From Eledone cirrhosa (lineage: Eukaryota), in contig OZ024744.1 of the NCBI GenBank assembly GCA_964016885.1, forward strand, positions 60,140,001-60,204,000: a stretch of 64,000 bases of DNA, written 5' to 3'. Under the pieces are notes generated by a model. It was not told where the DNA came from. It saw nothing but the letters and a program-made list of their open reading frames with translations, and searched no databases. Positions 22,918 through 36,806 of the stretch are shown here, in pieces. Each line of letters begins with the position of its first letter. Within the stretch, counting starts at the first letter, position 1. Position numbers and translations under genes: made by a program.

Positions 22918-23332
22918 ATGTACAGATCGAATATCAAATATACATGAATAGAGATGTAACATACAATGGTAGTGTAGAATCAGTTGTCATCAGTGAATTA
23001 CTGTACAATGTAGCAATTCAAGTGATTCACAAAAATGGCAATTAGATTATTGTTTGTCCATTCACTATAGGTTGTTGAGTGCTTCTAGAAAGTAAGTTAT
23101 CTGTACTTTATATTGGTTAATCTAACAACAGCCACTTCAATATTCTCTGTTTTATAAACAATCATGAACACGAAAATGACAGAGGTAAAAGAAACAGCAG
23201 CATGATAAAAGAAATATATATTAGAAGAAAGGGAAAAAATAAAAAATAAAAAAAGTTGCAAAATGAGAGTATTAGATGAAGTAGAGAGAACAACAGATAA
23301 AAATAGAAGAATAAGATTGTAGAGAATTCAGA

Positions 23333-23377
<45 letters not shown>

Positions 23378-23529
23378 ATAAAGAAACGAAATTGTACGAA
23401 AGGAGAAGGAATAATAGAAAAAAGGAGAGCATGTGGGAGTAAAAGAAGCCAAAAAATAAGATTGGAAAAGAAAAGAATTTCGTAGAAAAAACTGCAAAAA
23501 AAAAAAAGTATGGATGATTTCAGGATGCT

Positions 23530-26500
23530 GCATCTAGTTATGATCCTAATCATAATTATGTAACAGAAAAAAATATAGCTTTGTGATTTATGTGTAATTC
23601 ATGTGACAAATGTGGTGCCAAAGATAGAACAAGGACATCTGCCTATAATTAGTTTACTAAAATTGATAATGAGTTTTCTTTTGGACCCCACATCAGAATC
23701 CAAACACTTCAAAAAGCATCCAATCATATCATTATGCTTTTTAAATGATATCATTTGAAGCAAAGGTAATCAGAAAAAGTGGAGTTTTGCCAACTTTTAA
23801 AGTACAAATACAAATTTATCATAGAATAGAATTCAGCCTTTAGAAAATACAAAGCCAAAATTTTTACAGATATATTTTACAGGTGACATTCAAAACAAAG
23901 TACAGAGTTGTAACAAAAACTGTCCAAACACAAGATTAGAACTTATTTTAAAGCTGCAAGAAACAATTCTTATGTTAGAAGTTTGGTACTTCAAACTCTG
24001 GATTTTCAAGTTGTCATGATGCTGACAAAAGACTAGCTGGAAAACAATTTTCATCAATTTAATGTTCCTGAGTGTAATGAAGTGGCAAATATTGTTTTCA
24101 ACTTCCATTGACTATTTCATTGAATTCATAAATATAATTCATTGTCCATACAATACTTTACAATATCTCTAGCATTTTTGTGAATGGGGAAGATGGATAC
24201 CACAAGTTCATGTTATCACTTACAAATGATCTGTATCCTGTATGGATTATTGTGCTAGTGACTGATGATTTGAAACAATTAATTAAACCATCATCAGCAC
24301 TGCCAATCACTAGTTAGTTAATATATATATGTTAAAATAGAGTTGTAGAGGTTGTGCTGCATAAAAACACATTAAAAAATAACGACGTCCAAAATACTAT
24401 AAGCATTTATAAGATGCTATGTAGAATGATATCAATGGGAGAGAGTTCAGACAACTTTGTATTCTCCCATCTAGTTTTACAAGACTAAATGGAATGAAAT
24501 AAAAGCAGAGATTTCTCAATTAGGTACCAACAGACACAACCTAATTTCAAAAGTTTTTCATCTCAAGGTTTCCATGTTAATGGATGTTATAACAAAGTCA
24601 AACATAACTAAATCCCACGCAAGTACAATGACTAATGTACACAATTGAAAGGAAAAAAGAAGCCTACCTCACACACATACATTAATGTACACAATTGAAA
24701 GGAAAAAAGAAGCCTGCCTCACACACATACATTAATGTACACAATTGAAAGGAAAAAAGAAGCCTGCCTCACACACATACATTAATGTGGCATTTGAATA
24801 ACATCCACTCTAATGAAATTGATTCTACAAAATCAATAGAAATTCCCAACCACTCAAATGACAAAGAATGTTATGAAATTGTCAACTCAAACATGGTTCA
24901 TGTGGTTATACCAACCCTACCATGCCTTAAATGAAATGCAACAAATGTATAAATGTTATTCTAAGAATTTCATTAGAAACACAAACAGATGAAAGTGGAT
25001 ATCCATCATACAAAAGAAGGGTAACACAAGATGGAGGTTTTGGAACAAAAGTCGATCAACATGTAATTAGCAATTAATGGACAGTACCTGATTACTTTTT
25101 AATCATTAAGACTTTTGATGCCCACTTAAATGTAGAGTACTATAATAAGAACAACACAAGATATCCTGCTCTGACTTGGATTCCCCAACTCTACTTTTGG
25201 CAAATAAATTTTATTTTGAAATATTTAGGACTATTAAAAACCTCCAGCATCTTTGTTATCATTATTTTAAACATTTAATGTCTTATTTACATTGATGGAA
25301 CCCTCTAAAAACAACATTTTCTAGCAAGTAGATTTGAAAATATAACAAGAGTTCTTATGTTGCAGCATTCACTCTCTACCAATAAATATTTCAAGATGAG
25401 GGTACACAATTCCAGATGGACAGCATATTTGTAACAATAAGGCTTTTTGGAAAATATTTGACTTCCTTATTCCTGCATAATATCCTCCATTACAACGACT
25501 GGCTGTTCACTTAGAAAATGGATGAAAAGATTTTACTGCAGAAACTATTCCTCAACAACCTCTAGCTCAGAAGGAAACTACATCAACAGCTTTTCTCAAA
25601 TGTTGCCAGAAAGACTGTTGTACTATTACCACCCTATTTTACATAGAACAACAAACAATGGAATCACAAAAAAGGCACTATGGTTGAAGGTTACCCTGGT
25701 ATACAATTTCACAATGTTCTGAGAAGAGTTTATACTGTACATTCAACTCAACAAGAATGCTATAACTTAAGATTACTTTGACATGAAATCTGTGGTCTCA
25801 TATCCTTTTTCAATCTTTGAACTGTTGAATGTCATGTTTGAGCTTCTTATAGAGAAGGCTTATGTGTCTTGCACATCAAAGAGACTGAGATCCAATGTCA
25901 ATATGACTAAGGTACAAAATGATCGTGCAAAAGATTACAAATGCAGCGATGAAATCTACAAAGCAGCATTAATTGTTGTTGAAGATAAAGTTGTCACCAT
26001 GGGAAATCATGGACTCCCTCACACAAATTATTCTGAAGTTAATGGTTTAACAACAGAGCTATGAAAAGAAACACCCTACAACACTGAAGATATATCAAGA
26101 TATGTTAATAAAAATGAACCCAAATTACTGCCTGAACAAAAGTCATTTTGCAATGTTACTTGAGAGAGATTTTTTATTATGTAGGAAGGCATTTTTTTTC
26201 TGCAAAAACTGACAAAACATTTGTCACTAAGCTGTTGTTTGCCAAAGTGTGAGAACATAAAAAATACCTTTCTCTATTGTTTCTTCTGGTATTTCTGCTA
26301 TTTTAATCTCAAGAAAATAAATAACCCAGTTTTCTTTTATATTTCTTTTGAATTTAGTTTTGCACAGGTTTTGTAATATTAGCAAAATACCTGGGATAGA
26401 ACAATATTAAAGAGGTGTCAATTTTTGGGATTAGTACATGATGGCCAACAAAAAAGCTTTCGAATCTCTGAATCTGAGATTGCAAGATTTAAGAGACACA

Positions 26501-26548
26501 TTGTGCTACCTGGAGACTTTTGCAATATTTTGCCGATTATTCCAAAGA
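23530..26548 (+). mobile_element. Helitron Rep/helicase pseudogene, heavily decayed
   Basis: Ordered motif remnants: PTFKVQ.QIYHR, PKFLQIYF, N.P..NEVA, GEDGY, YTIE...LPHTH (HUH), GYP.YKRR, AHLNVE, RVYTVH...CY.LRLL, VSSGISAILI, M..KKAFE.L...LQDLR, GDF..ILP.IP. Confidence 0.8.
24633..24788 (+). repeat. 50-bp tandem triplication
   Basis: Units start at 24633, 24683 and 24733; near-identical. Confidence 0.95.
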
Positions 26549-27345
26549 AAACTTGCTTCAATTGCCCCTGTTGGCGTCAAGTCTCCCCAACGCACTTGGG
26601 ATGCCATCCAGTGCAGCCTGGCCTCAGATAGGCTCACGCACCAGCTCGACCAGCACCGCCTTGCTAGTTTTCGTGTGGCCTCCAAACCCCACAGTGGTGC
26701 CTGGCTCCATGCCTTGCCCTCCTCCTCTGGCACGCAGCTAGACAACCATAGCCTGTGCATCCGCGTTTCCCTGAGGCTTGGCCTCCGGATCTGCCAGCCA
26801 CACCAATGTCGCTGTGGTTCCACTGTGAACTCTTTCGGCCTCCACCCGCTTTCCTGTCGCCACAGTGCTGGCCGCATTCCACGCCATACTGCCCTCAACG
26901 AGGTCATTAAGCATGGCTTGGACTCTGCAGGCTTCCCTTCCCAGCTCAAGCCGGTGGGGCTGAATCAAGGGGACGGCAAAAGGCCAGATGGCATGACCAT
27001 CTTCCCGTTCCGCGGTGGCAAACCCCTCGTCTGGGATGCCACTTGCACCGACACTTTCTGCAGTCGCAACCTGGTGCAGTCTGCACATCAGACTGAGGAG
27101 GCCAAACTCCGACAGGTTTGCAGTCATACCCCTGACAGTGGAGACTTCTGGTGTCCTCGACCCCAGGGCTACCTCTTTACTCACCACCATAGGCGCTGAG
27201 CTGGCCAGCCGCAGGTGTGAGCCCCGCGATTTGGAGTGGCTTTTCCAGTGCGTCTCCCTTACCATCCTCCCGGGAAATGCCTTCTCCATTCTATCTACCG
27301 GGGCTGTGGGTGGGCCCCATCGTGTATCATTTTTGTAAATATGAC
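26549..27345 (+). mobile_element. CRE-like non-LTR retrotransposon 3' part (restriction-like endonuclease)
   Basis: SGAWLHALP, LRLGL.ICQPHQCRCG, GLHPLSC...GR..RH..LN, DGKRPDG, LVWDATC.DT. Confidence 0.85.
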
Positions 27346-27899
27346 AACAATCTATCCAACTAACGATGTATTATCTTCGCTTTTATTTAGAGAGCAATTA
27401 TAGTATGCTACTATGGTATCTTTATCAGCTTTGGCTATGTAATACACTAGACTGGTGGTTACAAAATTAATGCCTCAAATTATTCCATGTAAGAATGTAC
27501 TTTCATAATACTAATTGTGTCGGAAAATTATTTTGTATTCAAAAAGCTGTAGTTTCCAGTAACACCCAGTATATTGTTTGTGTCATAGACATGCACAGGA
27601 GTTCAAAGTTTATACAATCTTCTGAAAAAACATGCAACATTGTTTACAATGAAGTTCTGAGTATACACTAAATACTAAATAATGTATAAATAAAGATGAG
27701 ATTGTAGAGCCAAAAAATTGGAAGCCTACCAATAGCATGAAAATTTGTACACAGCTTAACAAAATTGTTTTATATAAGTCTCTGAGTAACACTGGATAAC
27801 CCTGTTAGTAGTATGTACATACAGTAGAACCTGCTGTAAGGCACTAAACAGTTATCTAACTTTCCATTTTTGGTTTCTTTATGTGACAATATATAAAGT

Positions 27900-28440
27900 T
27901 ACCTTCTTCTTCCACTTCTTCCTTGGAATATTGCTGCAGCAGAGTCCTTAAGTGTGCTATCCAGCAGGTCCTGCCAGAAGCAACTATCTCCAATTGATCC
28001 AGCTGGATCCCCAAGTGAGACCATCCAAGCTCATGGATATTATCCACCCATCATGCTCAAGATCTAACCATGAATCTCTTGCCAGTTGGTTTTGCCCATA
28101 AAATCTGTCCAACAATTCATTCCTTAGATATTCTACCCACATGACCATATTATTAGAGCTGTGATCTTTCAATTCCAAGAAGTAGCAGCTCTACATGGAG
28201 TAACTCTCTGATCTTCAAGCTATGCACTCTATTGAGTAAAGTTACTCTTGCAGAGGAACCCCATTTTGGTTGCTTGCATTTGCAACAGTATTCTTTTGTC
28301 ATTAACCAAGATTCATGATCATTTGTAAGGGTTGACACAAATACTGAATTGAAGATAGCGAGTGTGGCTTTTACACCTACGTCTTTTCTTTTGATGACTG
28401 AATGCTGAAGCTGACACATTACTGTACTAGTTAGCCCCAG
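27900..28440 (-). mobile_element. RTE-like LINE 3' fragment
   Basis: IFNSVFVSTLT..HESW, IRE.L.VE.LLL.IERSQL, VASGRT.W...LRTL...EEVEEE. Confidence 0.75.
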
Positions 28441-28489
28441 CAATTCTTACACTTAACCCAGCTAATTCCATCATCAACACCTGGAGAAA

Positions 28490-29100
28490 ACCCCAACACT
28501 TTTTGAACTATACTTGAAAATTAATAGATAAGGAGAGATCCCAAATATGGCAAAGTGGATAAAACATCAGCATTAAAGAAAGTACCAACTATTGTGAAGT
28601 CTGTTTTACAAAAAAAAACATATTATTCATCATTATCTGCCACCGCATTTCAATCCTAATCAAAAGAAACAAATATTTCCACCTGCCAACACATGCTCGA
28701 AATTGTTTTTCATGAACTTCCTGTATGATGAATAATAATTCACATATGTGGGCTGCAACCAAACCTAAAATACTAATCTACAGAACCATCTCTGTAGAAT
28801 CAAAGAAACCAGTGATGCTTCCACTACATGTGGAAGAAGCAGCACTAAAGGACGTTATGCCATATGTGGCCTACATACAGAGGGCCAAGCATCTTGATGC
28901 TCTTCAAAAGTGAAGTCCTCACACAAAAATACTTTGTTGTCCCCATAAAAATGAACCAGCATGTGTTCTCTACATACATGGGAAGAAGAACTTTTAAAAT
29001 TAAAATAACCAAGATCCCACCAGAGGTGAACATCTGGTGGATCCTGTGTTGTATTTTGAAGGAGGATGAAGACACACTCCTATCTGTCAAAAGAACCAGG
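28490..29100 (+). mobile_element. L1/Tx1-like ORF1 fragment
   Basis: YMGRRTFKIKITKIPPEVNIWWILCC resembles ORF1 at ~32180-32270 and ~58650-58740. Confidence 0.6.
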
Positions 29101-29200
29101 GGTTGATAAAATAAAGTACCAGTAATGCACTGGGGTCGATTTAATCGACTTTCCCTTCACCCAAGACTGTTGACCTTGTGCCTAAATCAAAAACCAATAA
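29100..29200 (+). mobile_element. SINE 3' half (octopus-type)
   Basis: gataaaataaagtaccagtaatgcactggggtcgatttaatcgac...ccttgtgcct. Confidence 0.7.
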
Positions 29201-29949
29201 TTGACATCAAAGATCTTGAAGTTACTTAAAACATGACTCATGATTTAAACTAGTTGTCATTTCTACAGTCTGGTGCTGTGTACAGTTACCCAAATGTCCA
29301 ATTCAACAAAGCTTTGGTTTTCATGTATGACATGTTTACCTTACATATTAAAACATATGAAATGTAAGGTCTGAAATTTTAGAAAAAATGTTAATAACAA
29401 TTTCAAAAATAGCCATGTAGGAATCTAAAATGCTGTCGTTGTCTATCAGAAGTAGTAGAACACTATCGTCACTGCCACCATCACCTACATCCACTGTTAC
29501 TGCCACTTCCCCCAACACCACGATCACCATCTGCAAATGGCGAAACAAGACTCTTATCTTCACCACCACCACATATGTCAGGTCAATGACCTCTGTCACC
29601 ACTATCCATTGAAGCTGTAAACAACTTTAAATTTAATTCTGACAAAACTTTGTCAAAACTTTTAAAGATCATTGTCTACATACACAGCATCCATCTCAAC
29701 ACTTCTTCGTCTCGGTGCATCCCAGGGCTCCTTTTTCAGTTTTTGACTTCCTTTCTCCTTCATCTTTATTATTCACTGTTCTATTTTTTTTTTTTTTGCA
29801 CTGTTATTTAACTTGCTGATTTGGGTGCCTGGACATCATGCATACATTTACCCCCAAACATAGTTTACAATTCTCTATTCTAGCTCACTGCCAACCTCCT
29901 ATTCTGTTTGGTGCAGGCATCCTACCCATTTGACAGAAGATTTAAACTC

Positions 29950-31550
29950 CCACACCCCTAAACTCAATGCCCACCAGTCCTCAACCTTCCACCCTATGGG
30001 AGGTTGATTGGTGCCACTCATACACCATGCACAACAGACACAAGAGAGAAAGAAACTGCTCCAACTGAAACAGCTACTTCCACCTCTCTTGTGTCAAACT
30101 CACAAGATACGCGTCAGATTCCTTGCACTGGTGGCACTGCTCATCATGTCTATCCACCCCGACACCAGAGATGGACCTGAACCTGCTCAAATTGGACGAG
30201 TGTCTGGTGGCGATCTCCCACCTCAGGCAGTCGGGGAGAATCATCACCAGGACCCCCAGATCTGCCCGCACTCCCATGGCTGAAGTGCTTGCGACTTCAA
30301 TCGATCGAGTGCTTGACTCGGGTGATCTATGGGACTGGAACAGACTGTTCCATTTTGCTACTCTTGTACTCGGGATCCTGTTGGTGGGGAACCTGACGGC
30401 AAGAGACAGATCTGGCCTGTCCCTGGCTTCAAGGCTAATGGGTAATTACCCCTCTTTCTGCAACCCATTGCTCGTGAGCCTTTTGACACACTCGTGCTGC
30501 CCACCAGTGCCAACAAATCACCCCCAATTCACCTACGACAGCATGAAAGGTCTCCCTAGCAGAGTCAACCTCAAACTAATTGAGGGTGACGTTTCGGTGG
30601 CTGTTCGTGTACTGACCTCAAACAATGCTGTGCTTCGACCAATACCAGATGCTTTGACAGCGCTTCGCCTCAAACATCCGGACCCTCCTGCCAACATCAG
30701 GGATGCTTCACCCTGGCCAGCAATCTTTCCCCAGCAGTGTCCAGCAAGGATGTGATAGCCGCCCAAAGATCTTTTCCTGATAGCAGCAGTGGCAGAGTAG
30801 TAATGTAAATGGGACGATATAAATTGCAGGTCTTCTGTCAGGCAGATCAAGTCTGGCTTGGACCAACACCACCTTGCCTGCTTCTGCTCCACTTCTTAGC
30901 CCAACAGCTGCGCGTGGCTCAACTTGGAACCCTTCTTGATAATGAATGTACTTGCATCAGAGTAGCCCAATGCCTTGGCCTCTGCATGTGTGAGCCACAT
31001 AAATGTTGCTGTGAGGCAGTTGTTGACATATTCGGCTTTCACCCTCTGTCTTGCCACCAGAGCACAGGCTGGTTCCCTGAAATCCCACTCTCAAAGACAT
31101 ACTGAGATGGAACCTGGACGCAGCTGGCTTTCCATCTCAACTGGAGCCAGCTGGCATAGACTGTGAAGATGGCAAGCACCCTGATGTATCACCCTCTTCC
31201 CATTCGAAGGAGGTAGATCCCTCATCTGGGACGCCACCTACTGTGACATGCTCTCTACCTCCAGCTTAGTCGCTTCAGTGACAGACCCCAGCATCGCAGC
31301 CCACCTCCCAGAAGGATATAAAATAAACAAATACCAGAGTTTGTCTGACCACTTTCTCTCTCTCCGCACAGGTCACTGTCAAGACCTCAGGCATACTTGG
31401 ACTCCATATTGCCAAGCTCCTCCACAAGATCGGAACGTCGATGGTCCATCTGAGGAAGGAGCTCCGTGAGGTTGTGTGGCTGTTGCAGTGGGTACCACTG
31501 GCTATCATCCGCGGGAATGCTTTTGCCATCTTGTCCATGTGGCGCAGCAC
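29950..31550 (+). mobile_element. CRE-like non-LTR element, internally deleted (RT missing)
   Basis: KLIEGDVSVAVRVLTS...LRLKHP N-terminal motif joined to LGTLLDN...CEPHKCCC, GRSLIWDAT RLE region. Confidence 0.8.
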
Positions 31551-31739
31551 TTCTGCCCTCTTGCCCTAGGCCCAAAGCCCAATCACTCTCCCCCTTCACC
31601 CCTCCCCTATCTTCTGTCACACCAGAGTCCTTGCCATCCCCACCCCTTCCCATTCTTTTTTTTCCTCTTTTTTCTCTATATTTTCCTATTCTTTTGTTTC
31701 CTTTTCTTTTTTTTTTATTATTGCTATCAACAGCTACGG

Positions 31740-34700
31740 CAACACCAACGACGACACCACCAAAAACAACACCAAAAACAACAAAAACAACAACAACAAA
31801 AACAACAACAACAAAGAGAAAAACTTTTTCGCTGGCACAGCAGCCAAGAAAAGGCCATGCTTTAGCATGGAGCTGACGGATAAAGAGAAAAAGTTGGCCC
31901 AGGCATGGAAGCTCATCAAACAGGCAAATCTGGGCCAAATTAACTGTCCAGACAGAGGACAAGAAGGTGGTGGAGATGAGAACTCTGGTCTTTAGACAAA
32001 AAAGCCACTAACACTCCACAAGCAGATGTTGAGGCTGCGTTGAGGTGCATTAGAGACGATACAAAATATATAGCGAGGGGTGGGCAATACAACACCATCT
32101 CGGTGCTGTTTAAGTCGGAGGCCCTCGCTTTGAAGCATGTGATGACCCCTTGCAGAACGAGCAAGGTTATAATGTACCCCTCCCACATGGGAAAAGAACT
32201 GTTAGAGTCCACATTCCCAGGATTCCACCAGGACTAAATATGTGGTGGCTCTTGGGATGCGTGATTGTGGAGGGGACAGATACCAACCAAATAGAGGCAG
32301 TGAAAACAGGTAGAGACGACTGGTCTGGAGTTGATCTGGAGATACTTCTCCAAAATGAGACGGTTCTACAAGTAATGACTGAGGGCAAAAGGCTGCACTG
32401 TTTCGTTTGTGATGAAACAACACACTTGCGAGCCTTCTGCCCTCAGCTATTGAAAAATGCAAGGAGTCAAAAGTCACCGCTGCTGCAGATGCTGGGGCCT
32501 CAACAGCCAAAAACAACACTAAATTCTGCTGCAGCAGTACCAGTGACAGCACCAGCAAAACCAACAATACCACCAACAACAGCCACAGAACCACCACAAC
32601 CAACAGCAACTGCAAATACCACCAAGACCACCCAGAGGCCTCTCCAAAGAAGCTTTCTTGCTCCCCCCCCCCTGCTCTTGAACACACAGATACACATTGA
32701 AACACACACTCCCACTCACATCTAACATAAACACAGCACTGAGCGAAGATGGGGAGGAACACCAAAAACCAAAAAAAGAAAAAGAAAACAGAAGAAATCT
32801 CACATATCAACACAAACAATAGCAAACAGAGAAGACACATTCGCACCAAACACAGACACATACTACAACACCCACTCCCACAACAACACTACCACTAACA
32901 CAAACACCTAAAAGAAAACACACATAGTAATAACTCACAACCACAACACCATCTAACTTCGTGTTAGTTAGAAAATCAAACAAAAAATTACTGAACCGCA
33001 TAACTCAAAGGGAGGAAATAGAGAAAGAGGGAGAGGCATTTAGCACCTGCATCTTCAAAGTACCACAAACACTTTTGTTGGTGCGGAGGCAATTAGACAA
33101 TTACAGAACAATTAGGCAGAGCTTCCCCAACGACGCAGGAACACCCAGTGTAAAAGCCTCAAGTAGGCTTTTTAAGGGGTTCCTTTTGGACCCCACCAAC
33201 CAGGCATGGAGGTCGATCCACCCAACCTCCAACAGCACCCATGGGGTAAGTAACCCTCTCTTTCCAGACGATATGGGAACCCCTAATGTAAAAGACACGA
33301 GTAGGCTCCTAAAGGGGTTCCCAACGAAAACCCCACCAACCATAGAGATCAGACCACCCGACCGCCACAAGACTCCGGGAGGTAAGTAAACCTTTCCTCT
33401 CCCCTTTAGCCTACCAACATGGCCATATTAAGAGTAGGATGTTTAAATATTCGAAGCCTAGGGTCGCCCTGGAAGTAGGGTCGCCTGCTCAATGACATCA
33501 GTTCTCTAAAAATGGATGTAATTACCATCAGCAAGACCAGGATTTCCGACACGCGCACACTACCCCCAATGTTTAACGACTAACAGATCTTCGCAGCTGT
33601 TAGTCGGCTGGGAATGGGAGGTGGGGTGGCAGTGTTGTTTAAGAAAGGCCTGGATCTGGAGGTAAGGTTGATCTTCCGGGACCTGGATGTGAACAATAGC
33701 GAAGGTGGTGCCTTTAGACTGGTGGCCGTCTATGCCCTACCGGGGGTTGGACTTCATCAGACACCTGGAAGCCTTATTGGGTATGTCTCACCTTTTACTG
33801 TTCGCGGGGGACTGGAATGGCATCTTAGACACATGCTGGGATTGTGTGGAAGTAGCCGATAGGAGCGGGGAGGGTGCAAAAGCCTCAAGTACCTGATCAG
33901 CCAGTTCCAACTGTCAGACAGGTACCAACTAGATTTCCCTAATGCGCTTGTGTGGACCTGGACCAACCACATAGGGTCATCTGGATTGTAAATAGACAGG
34001 ATTTTCAAAAAGGAAATAGATAGAAATAGTGTAGGCTGTCCATGTTTTAAAACGAGGGCCTATTCAGATCACAAGTTTCTGATCTACATGGTCAACCTAG
34101 ATAAGATGCATAGGTTAGAACCTGGTTACTGGAGGCTGAACATGTCATTTCCAGTACGTAAGGCTTACAGGGACCGGGTCAACAATGTATTTAAGCAAAA
34201 GTTGACAGGGGGAGTCATCAACAGATGGTGGGAGGCTCTCAAAAGAGAGATTAGAGTAATGTCAATAGAGTTTAGCAAAGAAGTAGCATTAGAGAAAAAT
34301 AGAAAGGAGGGGGGGGAGCTGGTAGATAAGTTAGACAAAGCTATTTGTAGTGGTATTGCAACTGATGTGCTAGTGGTGAGAATGGCATTAGACCATTTCT
34401 TCAATGCGAAACATGAAGGTTGTATTGTCAGAGCTAAGGGGCATGCTCTGAGAAATGAGGCAACCACAGTTGCTTGATGGGCCCACGTGGCAGAAGCGCA
34501 GCGTGGTAATAAAACCACAATTCAGTCTTTGACAGACCAAGACGGACACGAGCTGAGCGATTCCAAGTGGATGTGTGAGGCCTTTCATCAGCACTTTGCT
34601 CAGTTGTTCGGGGGAAGTGGCGGGTCAAAGACGGTGGCAGACTTCAGTCCGTACTTTGATGGCTTGCCGCAACTCTCAACGGCTGATGCTAAACACTGCT

Positions 34701-34965
34701 AAAGGCCGATAACTTCAGCTGAAATTCAGGATGCCCTTGTCGGCTGCACAAGCCGCAAGTCACCCAGTTTGGATGGTCTCTACGAACTTTACGTAAATAT
34801 GCCAGATTTATTCTAGAATCTCCTCGAAGTGCTCTAATGTAGCTGGCAGTAGAACGGGAATATTCCCAGTTCTGTGAGCCAGAGTGTATTGACGATGAAT
34901 AGGAAAGACGAGAACAAGAGGGACACATTAGATAACTTCAGGCCCATAATTCTGTTCAACACAGA
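31740..34965 (+). mobile_element. L1/Tx1-like LINE copy A: ORF1 plus APE endonuclease, 3'-truncated
   Basis: ORF1 from ATG 31867 with CFVCDETTHLRAFC knuckle; ORF2 ATG 33419 MAILRVGCLN, GGVAVL, VAVYA, AGDWN, SDHK, GYWRLN, KSP.LDGL, DNFRPI. Confidence 0.9.
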
Positions 34966-35396
34966 GAGACTGAGTCACACTCTCTTCTGTAATCAGTAAA
35001 GTAATTCATGATACACTTGAAAAAGACGATATTATATAAAACCTGCATTACGGCAAAATTTTATGAAAACGAAAAAGAAGAAAATTAGCGACAGAAAACA
35101 ATAGGACGTCACATTTTGTATATGAATATATATGTGTCTGTGAGTGTGTGTGTGTGTTTGTGCATTCATTAGATACGTTATTAAATACACACACACATCT
35201 ATACATACATGAATTATACAATGAATATTGTTTACCCTAAGGTACTTCAAGATTGACAGATTTTCATTTCTAAATTCTATTATCATTACAATTTTGATAT
35301 TTTAAAAATAAAATATAGATATTTTGAAATAATTATGAGAAAAAAAAACATATCTTCATATTTCTTGTTTATTAATCTGAATAAGAACAGCAGTAA

Positions 35397-35424
35397 CCTG
35401 GGAAACACTGGGTAATTCAGCTAG
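35397..35424 (+). mobile_element. Helitron-like 3' terminus
   Basis: Imperfect hairpin cctgggaaacactgggt, then aattcag CTAG|T. Confidence 0.45.
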
Positions 35425-36806
35425 TCTTCTTATAAAATATATTTTTGCAACCAACATCATGAACATTGAAAAGAAACTATCAATCAGATAAAAAAAATTT
35501 TAAGCAAAGGAGACAAAATGAAATTATTAAATTCAGATACTTTCTATTAACATGCTGAAGCATCATAGCAGTGTTTACATTATGATGAACTGTATCATTT
35601 CACCAACAAGGACATTACAAGCTGTGTTGACATAGACATATATACACTGTAACGGACTGCTATCTTATATCATGTGACCAGCATGAATGTAACATGTTGT
35701 AACAACATAGCCATGTGTACATTATGACAGGCTATATCATGAGACTAACAAGGGTGCTATATACAGTTTCCCATGATTGTGAGATCATGAAATGGGTCAA
35801 CATAAAGCTCTTCTATGTAAAAGAAAGAACATTGAGAACTGTAGGTTACCATGCGATACTTACTGTCAAGTATCAATAATTATATTTAAAACAGGATATG
35901 CAAATAAGTATGACCATATTATGTCAAGCATGGAATAATTGTCATTAACAGCCATTCTGCTTGATAGGTGAAAGTCTTTTTCAACAAGGAGAGATGATGT
36001 GGAAGCTTAGAATGATTGCAAATTTCCACATGAAACACCACGATGTTGTAAATCTTCATATAGCAGGAAAGAGTTTGAACATACACTCAAGTTGACTTTT
36101 AGCTGCAGGGGATGAATTGAAGGCATGTCATACAAGTATCTATACCTCATGTTTTACAAAAGGAAAAGGAAATGAATTGATTGTCATATTTGACAAAGGA
36201 AACAATGTTTCTATATATCTTTCCATTGCTGATACAATCTGCTGGTCACAACTCCTAGCAGAAGGAAGCAGAATTTGAACTCAGAATGCTCAGAGCCAAA
36301 TCAGATGCCACATAGCATTCCATCCTGTTGGTGATAGTGGTAATGGTGATGATGATGATGGCAATAATGGAGGTGGTGACAATGATGATAGTCAGGATGT
36401 TAATGTTGTTCCGCCCAATGCAAACATCTACAAACATCCTGTAAGAAGCTAACAGAGAAGCCGTATCAACAAACAGGAATGTTCAAAGAAATCTGTCCAA
36501 GTAATATATATCTGCTTATTTTTAAGCTGTATTAAAATTTCACTAATATATACAGATGGATATGGTGATAGTTTGCCACCAGCAGTTACACACATGCATA
36601 GAAAGCAAAAACATAATGCAAAACAATTAGCCCAGAAATAAGCAAGAAATATAACTCATGAAAAAAATCTTCTCTTTGGGTGTGAATAAATAAAAATACA
36701 TGTTGTTGATGTTAACACCTAATCAGACTTGTTCAAGGACCTATGATCAAAGGCATCCCAGTCATGACCATTTCATCTTTTGCGTGTGTGTTTATATGTA
36801 TATATA

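Noticed and set aside
24633-24788. CRISPR-like regular repeat
   Set aside because: Contiguous tandem units with no spacers; eukaryotic context
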